From positions 91,018,001 through 91,082,000 of the forward strand of contig NC_087437.1 in the NCBI RefSeq assembly GCF_036321535.1: a DNA stretch of 64,000 nt, read 5' to 3'. A program made the position numbers and the translations under genes. This DNA is from Camelus dromedarius (Eukaryota). Positions 24,298-38,277 of this stretch are shown here, piece after piece. Below the pieces are notes generated by a model that worked only from the letters and a program-made list of their open reading frames with translations, was not told the DNA's origin and searched no databases. The stretch's first letter is position 1. Each line of letters starts with the position of its first letter.

Positions 24298-25149
24298 ATT
24301 CTCTTCGTTTTATTGAAATTGCATCTCCTCAATGCTCTCTGAGATTTTTTTCAAATTCCTCATTTTCTTTGTTCCTCAGGTTACTTCTTTCTTCTTCTTT
24401 ATTGTTTACATGCTTGTCTTGTGCTTTTTGATTTTTGCCCCCTAGTTTAGATATCCTGGGCTTGTCTTCCATGCTACAATTTTCTTCAAATATCAGGCAA
24501 GCAATAGGCATCCTGTTCCCTTTAGAGTCTTATTATTTCTGTCCTACTTTCAAGATGATCATATGTGTATCTGTCTTTTTTTTTTTTTTTTTTTTTTGCT
24601 GTGGCATTTGTGCTAAAGGGAAAAAGATTTATTATGGAATCCAGTTGCTACACTATCTCTTTGAATTCTCTGCAAAGAGATTATTATTCAGTGTCTTCAG
24701 AGGACTTTTTTTGTTGTTGTTGTTAACAGGAAATTTCATAATGCTTTGAAAATAGTGATGAGATAAGGATAGTGAATGACTGTCACGTATGTTAATTGTC
24801 AAGTATACTTCAGCTTTAAGTTTCATTTAATATTCCCAGCCACAGTTGGCCCTGTCAACTCTGAGAACAGTTTCTCTCTTAAGATATGTAGGGTAGATTG
24901 TATTCCTCCTTCCTTAAATCCCATTCACAAATGCTCTGGAAAGCATATGTTCTTTTTTATCTATCAGCATTTTTGCATCATCTTTAAGTCTTCAAAAGTG
25001 TGTTGTAATATTTCCTCCATTGATATCTCATATATCTTTTGTTTTTATGAGTTTAAACATTACTGGATTTTTAAAAATGAATTTGGGATTTCAGAAAATT
25101 ACGGACAAAATATATATGTTCTCTCCATAGTATTAATTCACAGATTTGA

Positions 25150-26000
25150 TTTTTTATTATAAAAGAAGTGGATCGTTATGATGGTATAATCAAACTTATT
25201 TTGAAGTGGTATGTTATTCTGATCCAAAATAGGAAATATCTTAGTGTAAAGCTCTGAGTTATAAATGTCACAGGAAAGAAATTAAGTTGGAGTAGAGAAT
25301 TCTGTATATCAGAGGAGTCCTGCATCTGGCAGGATTGGGCTATATTAATATTTTTTTTGTAACTTTAATGGGAAAAAACCACCAAGGGATACAGTTAATA
25401 TTTCATGAAAGATGAAGAAACATTTTGGTTAAATTACTTCCCTGTAATTACCCTAAATATTTAAATAAGACTGACCTATAACCAGTGCTCTTACCACAAG
25501 AAATCAGTACATCATAGGGAATTCCTCTTCAAAGCTAGATTTCAACAACCAGGAATAATATAAACTTCCTTTATTCATATTAATAGAAACTAACAGGCTA
25601 AACAATTCATCTTTCATGTCAGATGATACCATTCTTAACATATGAGAAATTATAAAATTAGGAGTAGGTTGAGCATTTAAACCAAACATAATAAATATCT
25701 CTATAAATAAAAGGGTAAGGCATATTTAATGTTATGAGAGTATCACATTTTCTTCAAAACTGAGAAAGCGGAGGGTGTGATCAGTAAACTCTGTTTTCAA
25801 CATTTTATTGTCTAAAATATTCAGGAGATATAGTTTTACTTTGTGTTTTAGACTGTCATGATCTTTGAAAACACAAACAGTTGCGTGGAAAATTTTGATT
25901 TTTGAGGAAAGAGTTTCCATTCCATGATGAAAAATACACTTACATTACCTGAATACATGCTACCACTGAATTCCTAGAATTTTTTTGAGGTGGGTATTTG
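25150..26000 (-). mobile_element. hAT-Tip100 (Zaphod/Arthur-like) transposase relic
   Basis: Track ORFs 25732-25920 and 25504-25689 are one frame: FKDHDS (~FRGHDE), LRFLSFEENVILS*H* (~LL.FLA..D.VL..HL), MVSSDMKDELFSLLV (~I..EIK...FSLL.D), EEEFPMMY (~EEFLG.Y); then STG and QLNF (~H.LNL). Confidence 0.55.
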
Positions 26001-26084
26001 ATTCCATTAAAGTAAGTTAAGTTCTTTTGTTGTTGATATTATTTATTTGTCCTGAGGATGAAGTCTTGTATTAGTAACCTTTCT

Positions 26085-26192
26085 ATTGCATTTAATCATT
26101 TCTAAAATGTACACTTCTTAACATTTTAATATAGGTTAAATCAGAATCTATTTTTATTGAATAATATCTTAGATTTGATAAAATAGAATAAT
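26085..26192. mobile_element. MER104-like TcMar-Tc2 MITE
   Basis: attgcatttaatcatttctaaaatgtacac...acattttaat...aaatcagaat...atcttagatttgataaaatagaata. Confidence 0.55.
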
Positions 26193-27164
26193 TTTTTTGA
26201 AGAAATACACCAAGGAGTTTGCTTAGATCAAGACACTTTTCTCATCACATGTAGATTCTAATTTTTAAAATCTTAATGAAGAATTAATCACAGAGATGCT
26301 TTCTTGGATGAATTTAGCAATGTCTCTTAATATAAATGCTATTTTACTTTAAAGTCCACTGTATTTTGCCTAGTAGGGTAGGTAAGGGCTAAGTTTCTAA
26401 AAATAACAGTCTATCCTAAGAATACTTCAAATCCTTTAAATGAAAAATATTTGAAGCTTTAAACACTTGAAAGAATATATATTTCCCCCCCAAAAAAATT
26501 ATATTGTTTTTCCTTTTAACCAAAAATGACCATGTGAACTTTGTCATTTTAAAAAATTACTCCTGTATGATTATAAAAATAAAATCTTGTTAAAATTTTA
26601 TTTTTCATAAAATTCTACATTTCTTAATAATAAAACCATTTTGAATTGGAATTAATTTGTCAAAAGTCATTTTGACTGATATATCTCAATTTGACTATTT
26701 GATCTACCAAGTGGCATAAATCAGAGTGAAGTGAGTGGGTTTGACATATATAGCAAATCTTTGTAATGGGAAGTGGAAAAGAGTGCTGTCTGCTTTAAGA
26801 GAAGCTTCTCCATCAAATATGTCTTTACCTAACTTTCATCCTCTAACTTCAACTCTGTGCTAGAAATTTTTTTAAGAATTCACTAAACTTTTGAAAATTT
26901 GAAAAGCTCATGTTTTTATTGCATCTTCTTTTATGTGACTGATGACAAACTCTGAAGGTGATATAGTAAATCAGTGATAAAGGAAATAGGAATCTATTAA
27001 ATCAAGGATTTTTCATTGTTTCTCTGAGACACCAAGATGGCACCTAGAGAGAACGATGTAAAAATTAAAAATAAAAAAGTAGTATTTTCTAGATTATCAC
27101 ATTTTTAGAGATTTCTAAGTTGATAATAAGGCTACCTCAAGAGCATACCTCATATATGTTTTTC

Positions 27165-30100
27165 CTTTTTTTTAATTGATGTATAATTGACATACAATAT
27201 TATATTTGTTTCAGGTGTACAATATAATGATTCATATATATTGCAAAATTATCACTACAATAAGTCTAGTTAACATCCATCAACATACGTGGTTACAGAT
27301 TTTTTTCTTGTGTTAAGAGCTTTTAAGTTTTACTCTCTTAGCAACTTTCAAATATGCAATACTATTTTATTGACTATAGTCACCATGCTATACTTTACAT
27401 CCCTGCGAATTATTTATAACTGGAAATTTGCACCTTTTGACTTTCTTCTCCCATTTCTCCCTCCGCCAACCCCCAGCCCCCTGCCTCTGGCAACCACCAG
27501 TCTGTTCTATATATGAACTTGCTTTTTCTTTTTGCTTTTGTTTTTGTTTTGTTTTGTTTTGGGGGCTCATTTTATTTTTATGGAGTCCTTATGTAAGTGA
27601 GGCATATGTTATTTTATCTTTCTCTGTCTGAATTATTTTACTTAGCCTAATCCCCCCAGCTCCATCCATATTGTTGCAAAAAGCAAAATTTTGTTCTTTT
27701 TTATGGCTGAATAATATGTCATTGTGTGTGTGTATATATATATGTATATACACCACATCTTCTTTGTCCATTCATCCAATGATAGATACTTAGGTTACTT
27801 TCATATCTTAGATATTATACTTAGTGCTATAATGAACACTGGGGTGTATATGTTTTCAAATTAGTATTTTCATTTCCTTTGGTTAAATACCCAGAAGTGG
27901 GAAATGGAATTTCTGGATCATGTAGTAGTTCTATTTTTAATTTTTTGGAAAACTCCATACTATTTTCCATAGTGGCTGCACTAATTTACATTCCAAGCAA
28001 CAGAGCACAAGAAATCTCTTTTCTTTACATCCAGATCCTCTGCCCATTTTTAAATGACATTTTTTATTTTCTCATATTATCACATGAATCTTTTATATAT
28101 TTTAGATATTAATTCCTTATCATATGCATAGTTTGCAAATATTTTCTCTCATTCAGTAGGTTACCTTTTCATTTTGTTGATGGTTTCCTTTGTTGTGCAT
28201 AAACTTTTAGTTTGAGGTAGTCCCTCTTTATGACTTTTGCTTTTGTTCCCTTTGCTTTTGGTTAGCAAGTACAAAAAATCAACACCAAGACCTATGTCAG
28301 GGAGTTTATCGCTTATGTTTTCTTTTAATAATTTTATCTTCTCAGGTCTTACAATCAAGTCTTTAATCTATTTTGAGTTAATATTTGTATATGTTGTACA
28401 ATTGTGATCCAGTTTCATTCTTTTGTCCAGCTTTCCCAGCACCATTTACTGAAGAGAATGTTCTTTCCCCACTGTATATTGTTAGCCCCTATGTAGTAAA
28501 GTTATTAGCCATATTGAATGGGTTTATTTCCAGGCTCTGTATCTGTTCCATTGATCTGTATGTCTGTTTTTACGCCAATATCATACTATTTTGATTATTA
28601 TAACTTTGTGATATAATTTGAAATCAGGGAGTATGATGCCTCCAGCTTTTCTTTTTCTCAAGATTTTTAGTCTTTTTTGAGGTATTTTGTTGTTCCATAC
28701 ACATTTTAGGATTATTTTTACCAATTCTATGAAAAATACCTTTGGAATTTTGATAGTGATTGCACTGAATCTGTAGATTGCTTTTGGTAGTATGGACATT
28801 TTAACAATATTTATTCTTTCAGTCCATGAGCACAAAATGTATTTTCACTTGTGTCTTTTTAAATTTCTTTCATATCATGTTATAGTTTTCAGGGTACAGA
28901 TCTTTTACCGTCTTCATTAAATTTATTTGTCTTTTATTGTTTTTTTGATATAATTATAAATGGATTTGTAAAAATCTCTTTTTCAGATAATTTGTTATTA
29001 GTGTATAGAAATGCAATAGATTTCTATATATTGATTTTGTATCCTGCAACTTTAGTGAATTTGTTTATTCTAACAATTGTTAGTTCTAACATTTTTTGGG
29101 TGGACTCTTTAGGGTTTTCTATATATTTAGTATCATGTCATCTCCAAATAGTGACAGTTTTACTTTTTCCTTTCCAGTTTGGAAGCCTTTTTTTTTTTTT
29201 TTTTTTTTTTTCCTTTTTGGCTTGCTTAATTACTCTGGCTAGGACTTCTGATACTGTACTGAATAAAAGCAGTGAGAATGGGCATCCTTGTCTTGTTACT
29301 GATCTCAGCGGAAAAGCTTTAAGCTCTTCACCATTGAGTATGATTTTAGTTGTGAAATAGTCATATATAGTCTTTATTATGTGGAGGTACATTTCCTTCT
29401 TACTCACTTTGTTGAGTAATTTTATCATAAATGGATGTTGAATTCTGTCAAATACTTTTTTGCATCTATTGAGATGATCATATGATTTTCCTCTTCATTT
29501 TGTTAATGTGGTATATCACATTAATTTAATAGCAGATGTTAAACCATATCTGAAAATATAGCTATGTCTTTTTTTTAATCCATTTAGCCATTTTATGTAT
29601 TTTAATTTGGAAATTTAGTTCATTTACATTTAGAGTAATTATTGATAGGTATGTACTTATTGCCATTTTCTTAATTGTTTTCTGGATGTTTTGTAGTTCC
29701 TCTGTTCTCTTTTTTCTTTTGTTCTCTTCCTTTGTGGTTTGATGACTTTCCTTAATGATATGCTTAGATTCCTTTCTGATTATCTTTTGTGTATCTACCA
29801 TAACTTTTTGCTTTGTAAGTACCGTTGACTTACATACAAGAACTTATATTTATAATGGTCTACTTTATATTGGTAGCAAATTAAGTTTGAATGCATTATA
29901 AAATTTTACATTTTTGCTCTCCCACACACACATATTTTATGTTTTTGATGTCACATTTTACATCTTTTTATCTTTTGTATTCCTTAACTAATTATTGTAG
30001 CTTTAGTTATTTTTTTTTACTACTTTTTCCTTTTAACCTTTATACTAGCTTTATAAGTGATTATTCTCTTACCTTTACATATATTTCCTTTTACCAATGA

Positions 30101-32775
30101 TATTTATACTTCCATGTGCTTTCTTGTTACTAATTAGTGCCCTTTCTTTTCAGCTTAAAAAGTTCTTTTAATATTTCTTTTAAGGCAAATTTAATGGTGA
30201 TGAACTCCTTTAGGCTTTGCTTATATGTAAAACACTATCTTGCCTTCAATTCTGAGTGATAGCGTTGCTAGGTACAGTATTCTTGGTTGGCACTTTTTTT
30301 TTTTTTTCATTCATCACTTTGAATATATTGTGCAACTCCCTCCTGGCCTGCAAGATTTCTGCTGAAAAATTTGCTTATAGTCTTATAGGGGTTTCCTTGT
30401 AGATAAGTTGTTTTTCTCTTGTTGCTAGTTAATCTCTTTGTCTTCAATTTTTTTTAATTTTAATTATAGTGTGTCTTGGTGTGGATCTCTTTGGGTTCCT
30501 CCTAGTTGGAAAACTCTTAACTTCTTGGGTCTGGATGTTTGTTTCCTTCCCCAGGTTAGGGAAGTTTTCAGCCATTATTTCTTTAAATAAATTTTCTACT
30601 ACTTTCCCTCTCTCTTCTTATTCTGGGACTCATATAATGTGAATGTTAGTCTGCTTGAGATTGTCCTGTAAGCCCCTTAAGTATCTTCACTTTTTAAAAT
30701 TCTTTTTTCTTTTTACTGCTCTGATTGTATGAGTTTCTGTGCCTTGTCTTTGAGTTCACTGATCCTTTCTTTGTTTCTTCTAATCTGTTATTGAATCCCT
30801 GTAGTGTATTTGTTAGTTCAGAAATTGTATTCTTCAGCTCTGTGACTTTTGTTTGGAACTTTCTTTTTTTTTTTTTTTAATTATTTTTTCAAGTTCTCTC
30901 TGTGCTTATTCATTCTTCTCCTGAGTTCACTGAGCATCTTTATGACCATTACTTTGAATGGTACTAGTTAAATCACTTATCTCTGTTTCATTAAGTGCCC
31001 CCTCCACCTCCGAGGTCTTATCTTGTTCTTTCATTTGATACATGTTCCTCTGTTTCTTCATGTTTCTGGACTCTCTGTGTTGGTTTCTAAGTAATAGATG
31101 AAACAACCACCTCTCTCAATCTTGAAAGTTTGGTCTTATTTAGGAGATGAACCATATATTTCAACCCTGTCCTAAGTCTTAGTCATCTCTCAAATGATTC
31201 ATTTTATTTTTAATAGTTGCCGGCAGTTCAGGGTGTGTGAAGACCATTCAGTGTCCAAAGGGGAGGATCTTGGTCAGCACCTAGATTCAGACTGATGGAT
31301 AACAGCTTTTAAAGAATGGAAACATGTACAGTCTTATGGAACAGACAAGTGTAAACCTTGCTGGATCCCAGAGCCATGTGATCTAGTGGTGTTCCCTAGG
31401 CAGCAGTCAAGAAATTAGAACTCTATTAGAACTCTAGATAAGTGTATAAGGTCAGTCTTCTCTGGAGGACACAGGTGAGTAGTAGTGAGGCAGAGTGTGA
31501 GTGCAAAGATGGCATCCCGCAGCCTACATTCCCTGAGAGCACCTTTGTAGCCTCTAGATGTTTATCATACATGAAACCTGCCCCTAAGTCTGAAACTCCA
31601 GGACTATCAAGGAGGTCTCTTTCACAAAAGGCTGAGGATATATTTCAGTTTGCTGCCTGTGCAGTGGCTTGAGGGTAGTAGCCCACCAAGAACTTTCTCT
31701 CAGTTAGTCTTGTGGGACCCAGGAATGCAAGCTCACCCCTGGCCCCCCCGGTGATCAAGGGCCCTCTGGGTGGCAGCTGCAAAATCTGGGTCACCAGACA
31801 TATAACTGAGGCACCAGACATGTAAAGAAGCCTCTTTCTGGAATAAACTTAAGCCCTGGAACTTGGCAGGGGGAGAGTACAAATATGGCACCCGTGGGCT
31901 AGCAAGGCAGAGATGGCGTCCAAAGATGGCACCTGCTGAAAAAAAGAAGAAGAAAAAAAAAAAAAAACTAAGAAAAAATAAAAGGAGAAAATAGATTTTT
32001 TTTTTTTTAAGGAAAGAAAAAAAAAAAAAGAAAAGGGAAAAAAATGTTACATTTGCCAGCTTTCTCAAGGGGAGAGCATGGAAGATGGTGCCTGCTGGCT
32101 GAAGAAAAAATGACTTCCACTGAAACAGCAGCAACAACAACAAAAAAGCTGATGCTCACTAGTTTTAGCAAGTCAGGAGAGCAAAAAGATGGCACCCACC
32201 AGCATCCATCCCCAGAGAGTATCCCAGAAGGCCCCTACCCCCTAGACCAACACTTTAGAAATTGGAAATGGTTCCCTTTTACATAAGATCTGGGTGTTTT
32301 CCAAAAGACTGCTTCTGTGCTGGCTTTGGGACAGGTGAGTCTGTGCAGGAGCCCTTTAAGAATGCTTTTTCAGAACACCAGAGGCCCATAGGTCGTAAGG
32401 GCACAAGCCTCATTGGTCTCCAAAGACAGATGTTTAGGGGGCTTGTCTGTCAGGTGCCAGTCTTAAGAGTTGGGGTGCCTGATGTGGAGTATAAACTCCT
32501 TATTCTTCAGGGAGAAACCCCAAGTTTTGAGTTCCCTTCTGATTGTGAGTAGCCCATTGTGCCAGGCATGGGGTTTATGGCAAAACTGTGTCTCAGCCTT
32601 TTCTACCTGCTTTGATGTGGTTTCTCTCTCATTTGCCCAATGTGAAAGAATTGTTTTTTCAGTTTTTAGGTTTTAATCCAGAGGAAATCATTCCGTAAAG
32701 AGCTGTAAGTTCAGTGAGTCTGTGAGAGGAGCTGAGTTCAGGATCTTCCTTGTCTTCATTTTGAACTGGAATTCT
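27165..32775 (-). mobile_element. L1 (Laurasiatherian L1MA9-era type) retaining both 5' and 3' ends, with large internal deletions
   Basis: 3' end ttttaattgatgtataattgacatacaat; ORF2 pieces [63 protein letters not shown]1 relic ~29700-31100; 5' end (minus) ttccagttcaaaatg..aggaagatcctgaactc. Confidence 0.9.
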
Positions 32776-34105
32776 ATATACATTTCTTTAACAAAGAATG
32801 ATAAATATAGATAATTTTCCTTGAGCCTAAGAGTAAGCAAAGAAAGAGCTTCTAATCCCTTTGACAACCTGAAGCATTGAGCTAAGAAAACTGCTTACAG
32901 TAAAATGAAGTTTTAATTATAAGTAGAATCAAAGTTTTAAAAATTGAAGTAATAGAATTAAAGATTTGTATTCTACTTTGTAAAATTTAGTTCCATATGG
33001 GCCTAAATGGAAATTTTTATTTTTTCATGATCATATTACCAAGGTTTTAAACATTTTGTTTATGAAAAATTATTTAAATTTAATTAAATAACATATCCTT
33101 GATATTTTTTAAAGCTTAAAAATGTTTCCATTGTTCCCCTTAAAAAGGTGAGGGAGGTATTTCATATCAGTGATACACTCAGAAGTTTTTTTAGAATAAT
33201 GAAATATGCAGTAGAATAACTTTTTCCCTTTTCACTATTTTTCATTTTTGCATTTGTACAGTAAGAGAAATCATCTGTGTGTTATTGGGGACACAGAGAA
33301 AATTTTTTATAAAACAAAATTTATTCTAAAGCACTAATTAAGATATTTTTGCTAGTGAGTAAAGACATTTATTATAAAACATCTACACATTTATCAAAAG
33401 CAGAAAAGGATAATCCAGATCCAAAATGTGTTGAAATATATAAAATAAAAGTTTGTCTGTTAAGTTTCCTACTCTCTGGAATTTCCAACAAAATTATTCA
33501 GGAAAGAGAAAATGATCAAATGAAATATAAATAGGAGCTATGTTTCTCGACTATTCTCATGAAGTATACTGACACATATACACAAGGGACACATGATTTT
33601 TAATCAGAAGTGAAAGCTAAAAGTTGGCATTGCCAAAAGCAAAATGCATTTGAAAGGTATGGTCATGCTGTGTAAAAGAAAAGAAAGCCAACTTTAAACA
33701 CGAAGCTGTTAGCATAGCCTTATCTTCCACTAGAGTTTCAACTCTGTTATTTTTAACTGAATTTCTATTACAAAAGTAAATAAATCAGTAACTTATAATA
33801 TGCTCCAAATAGTGGTTTGGAATAAAACATGTATTTATGGGTTCAAAATTCAAAAGACCTCTAAAAATATTACTCATATGTAGGATTGTTTACTTTAGTG
33901 TGAACATTTATAAAGAAAAGAGACAGAATTAGACAGAGTGGGTGCTGAAGAGGGAGAGACATACCTAAAGATAGATAGACAGAGGAGAGAGAAAAAGAGA
34001 GGGAGAGGGTATGGGAGAGGGAGAGAAAGGCAAAGAAAGGGGGAGTGTTGGATTAACACTAATTATGTTTCTGAGCATTGGGTTTGAGAAGATGAATTAT
34101 GGTAG

Positions 34106-34716
34106 TGATGTAGGTGATGTGGGGCTTGAGGAAGGCTGTGTCCCAAACCTTGGCTGAGCCCTTGGGACATGGCCCGCCAAATGTGGGTCCTTGGCTTCAC
34201 TCAGGAAAGGATTCAAGAGCATGCCACAGTTGAGTAAAGATAGTTACATCAAAAGACAAAAGAAAGGCCATGAGGTATGGGAGTTGGGTGCTCAGATTAG
34301 AGTAAAGGTAGGTGCACACTCCATAGACAGAGTGTGGGCTGTCTCTGAAGAGGAGGGAGAGAGAGGCAGCGGTGAAGCACTGTGTTGACAGTTTTTATGG
34401 GCTCCTGTATGTAGCTTCATATGCTAATAAGTGTAAGGACCAGTCTGGGGAAGGGGCTGGGATTCCCAGGAAGTTGGCCATTTCCCACTCTTTGACCTTT
34501 TGTGACTAGCCTTGGGACTGATATGGTACCTGTGGGCATGTTATTCACCATGGTAATATATTACAGTGGGCATATAATGAAGCTCAAGTTCTACTAGAAG
34601 GCAAATTTCCCACCATCTTGAGCCTGAAGGCCTACTGGGGGTGAATCTTTTGCCATTCTCATGTTAATTGCTGTGTTATTCCTTGAATGGCTGTGCCCTG
34701 CCCCCTTCCTGTCTCA
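34106..34716 (-). mobile_element. Class I (ERV1-like) solo LTR
   Basis: TG...CA ends with perfect 4-bp TSD GTAG (34102-34105, 34717-34720); GC-rich block. Confidence 0.8.
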
Positions 34717-35166
34717 GTAGTAAATGAGACAATTAAAAATCATCTGCTTCTCTCACCACAATCCCCCTTTAACAGGTTGCCGTTTGTAAAGATTAGACAA
34801 GGCCAAAGGAGAGAATATGAGAATTAGTGTATATTTGGTAAGCTTGGTAAAGAGAATTGTCTGGAAAGACAACTTTATTAAAAAAAAATAACATTTTACT
34901 AGTTTAGAATTAAGACATTTACATTAAAATGTGAAATAGAAAACAAACAACCAAACAAAAACCAATAAACTGCAAAATCAAAATTGATGAAGACTAGACT
35001 ATTTGGGGATTTAAAAATCATTTCCAATGAGGCAGAATTATTAAAAATACCAACTGCTCATCAAATGTAACTGTGCTATAGAAAAGTGACTTCTAACCTA
35101 AAATTATATTTATAAATTCCATAGCCTCAGAATCATTCACAAATCTATACCTTACAGTCATTCATA

Positions 35167-35645
35167 TGTTGACTGAAATAAATACTCAGCCTAAAAGTTA
35201 AGAGTTATGTTTTATTTGGCGGGAGGACTAGAGCCAGGATGACAGGCCCTCAGATCACTCTGAGGGACTGCTCCGAAGAGGTAGGGGAGGAGCTAGGATA
35301 TATAGGAGCTTTACAACAAAGACCAGGTAGTTGGAACATTAAAAGATTACTTGTTATCTAAAGAAAACCAGCCATCTCAAGTTAAAGAATTTAGTGCTTT
35401 TCCTTGTATTGGAGGAAGCAAACATTTGGGCTCACTGAATTCATTCCCTTGACAAGCACCTAGCTATCTAGGGCCAGTGTCTTGTCCTTTCTTATTCTAA
35501 GTCCCGTCGGGGTGCACCATTGTGAGTGGCTGCAGCAGCTGGGCTGCAAGCTTGTCTTCACTGGGGGATGGTGGCAGCGGCTGGTGACTTGATGGCTTCA
35601 GCATTCTTTGTTTACTGATACAGTCTGCAGTATTTTTTATTCACA
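35167..35645 (-). mobile_element. MER41-like ERV1 solo LTR
   Basis: tgttgactgaaa...tgttttatttggcggga...gctccgaagaggtaggggagga...ctatctagggccagt...tattcaca; near TSD cata/aata. Confidence 0.8.
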
Positions 35646-35655
35646 AATATGTATC

Positions 35656-36794
35656 TGTTGGGGAAGAAGTTTTCCTCTACCCTCTAGGTTCTTCTGACTG
35701 GTCTAAGAATTAAACTGCCATGAGACAGATTAACAAGAGAAAATAAAATAAAAGCTTAATAACATGTATATATGGGAGAGAAATAGGAGAACTGAGTAAC
35801 TCCATAAAATGGCTGAAACCCTCACTTTACATACCATCCTCAGCTAGACAATAGAGGATGTTGAGGGTAATTGTTTGAGACTTCAAAGAGGAGAAGGGCA
35901 ATTAACATGGAGATAGAAAAACAAACGTTTGGTAAACAAATGTTTGTTGAGCCTTGCAGGGACAATTGGACCAAGAGAGGAATTTTAACAGACTTTGCTC
36001 CCTGTCTGCCACAGCTAGTCTATACTTAAGGTATCTATAGTGATAGCTCCCTTCCTGGAATAGGTCCTCTATCTACGTTCTTTAGACAGTTAAGAAAGAA
36101 GTCAAAGTTTCTTCCTGAGTTTTTTGGGTCTTGGTTATTTTCAGTTTGAAATAACCTGCACGCCAAACAAACATTTTGGGGTGACAAGTGTTGTGGTCAC
36201 CCATGGTGACGGTGACGTGGGTTGGTAAAGAATTACCAGAGACTAGGAAAAGTTAGGAAAGTTTAATAGGTACACTGCTATAGGCAACAGCGGGCCACAC
36301 AGATGAGCGGTGCAAGTGCAAACACCAGGACGCTGCTACAGACAACAGCGGGCCACACGGGCGAGAAGGGTCAGAGGTGCCTGTGTGAGCCCGGTGGGTG
36401 GGTGTGCAGGGTCTTTTGTTGTGGGGAGGGGCCTGTGCACACGAGGAGTAGGAGGCTGCATGAGTAATTCCTGCATGGGTCCCTGATTGCTTGTAAGATC
36501 TGTCAGGGACCTCTCTGAACAATAGGTTTTACAACTCTGATAAGGGCAGAATGTGAGGCCTGTCCAAGTGGGGTATTGTGAGACAGGCTATCTCCTGAGG
36601 CAATGACTTTTGTTAGGGTAAACACACATCAAAAGAAGATGTTTTATATCTTGCAGAAATGCAGGTATGCGAAGGGTCCTGCAGTGGGGAGTGGGGGTTA
36701 AGGTGTCAACAGGCTCCAGGCAGAACCCAGGGGTGGGGGTTTTATGACTCTAGAGAGTGCCAGCTGGCTCCACAACAAGTTTTTCTCCTCCACA
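35656..36794 (-). mobile_element. MER34/MER39-like ERV1 solo LTR, split by a nested LTR
   Basis: tgttggggaagaa...acagattaacaagagaaaa...ttttggggtg[insert]ttttctcctccaca; near TSD tatc/tatg. Confidence 0.75.
36189..36774 (-). mobile_element. Relatively young class III solo LTR (MER54/73/74-like group), nested
   Basis: TG...CA ends, perfect 5-bp TSD ACAAG (36184-36188, 36775-36779), retained CpGs, ATTAAA on minus strand; homologous to 46839-47357. Confidence 0.85.
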
Positions 36795-37009
36795 TATGCA
36801 ATATAAACTGGTTTTTACTGCTCTCACCATGAAAGTGTGTGGTATAGATTGGTAGCTCTCAGAAGCCGAAGTTGAAACCTTTTAAATTTTAATGTGATGA
36901 CACCTAGCATAGTGTTAACAAATCTGTCAGTGACTTTACATTCTAATAAATGATTACATTACAGATAAACTGTTGTGAATCAAAATTAACTTTTGAGGAA
37001 GTATATTTG

Positions 37010-37330
37010 TGTATAAGAAAAGAATTAATAAGTTAAAACATGGAATGAGGAGCAGAGGAGGATGAAGTACAGATTCCCACCTTCTGTATAGAGAAGATCA
37101 ATAGATAATGGCTATAGCTAATACATTAAAAATAGTGGGTGATATGAACATAATTCAGAAATATGGATATAACCTTCAAAGATGCTTCAGCAGAAACAGG
37201 TAAAAATACTTTTCTACAGAGTTGAAGAAGAGTGGAATTGTGGTCAGACACATTTCACTAAAGGTATTTTAATATTTAGTTTTAGCAACTGCATTCATTT
37301 CTTTGTTGAAAAATATAACCTAAAAAAATA
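37010..37330 (+). mobile_element. HAL1/L1ME-like 3' end fragment
   Basis: aacaggtaaaaatact..ctacagag...catttcactaaagg...tatttagttttagcaact.cattcatt.ctttg.tgaaaaat. Confidence 0.4.
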
Positions 37331-37618
37331 AACAGCAAATAAGCAAACAAATTAAAACACACAAGATATTGTAGTACAGTTCTGGGAGATAAGTTAAGAG
37401 TTTCTAGTTTGGTAGTTGTGCAAAGGCAAACATCAATTGATTTTTTTTTTAAATGAAGCTAAAATAAAGAAAATTTTCAAGTTCCAAATATGAGATCAAA
37501 TTTTACATAAAATCCAAACAAGGGAACCTATTCTATAAATTATTTCAAATGGAATTGCTTACACAGATATGGTATGGTCAGTTTATAAGAGACTATCACT
37601 CAGGTTTAAAAATGGAAT

Positions 37619-38277
37619 TGTTAGAGCAGGTAGATAGCTAGATATGAGCAGAGAAAGGGGGACACAGACCAAATGGCAGAAACTGGGCAGAAAGGAGGGG
37701 CACAGGCCAAATGCAGGAAACCACACATCATGTAAGCAGCAGTGATCCTTGGGCAGAGAAAGAAAAGCAGGAACCTTGGGGCTGATAAGGGATCATGCCT
37801 TTTGGGATGATAAGTGGCCTGGAGAAGAACAAAGAAAGGTGAGAAAAGTCAGGAATTTCCAGTGTCCGTATGTAACCTTTTGCTCATTATGCCCTCATTT
37901 CAATAAAATTAGCCTTGCAGATCAGAAGTACCCATCATGCACCAACGCGATGACACTTTCGATCCAGACTAAATAAGGACAAAAATCCCTCCTCCCTTTG
38001 GGAAGGTGGAGTTGTGATGATAATCAGGGAATACGACCCCAAACCCTTCCCTCCCCAGTGAATACTCTGCCCATTCATTTTTACACCCTATGTAACTAAC
38101 TTGCCAAAGAAACTCAGGGCAGCCACTTACCTGAGCCTGCCCGCTCTCCCCTGAGAGTGTACTATCCATCCTTTAATAAATTCTCACTTTACCTTTTTTT
38201 AACCTCTAAGTCTTGTCTCTGAATTCTTTCTGGGACGGGACAAGAACCTGGAACACCGGTTGCATCTATCGGCAACA
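37619..38277 (+). mobile_element. Class I solo LTR (lineage-specific)
   Basis: tgttagagcagg...aataaa...ggcaaca, perfect TSD GAAT (37615-37618, 38278-38281). Confidence 0.9.

Noticed and set aside
27029..27045. CTCF/YY1-like word caccaagatggcac
   Set aside because: Single imperfect motif, expected by chance.
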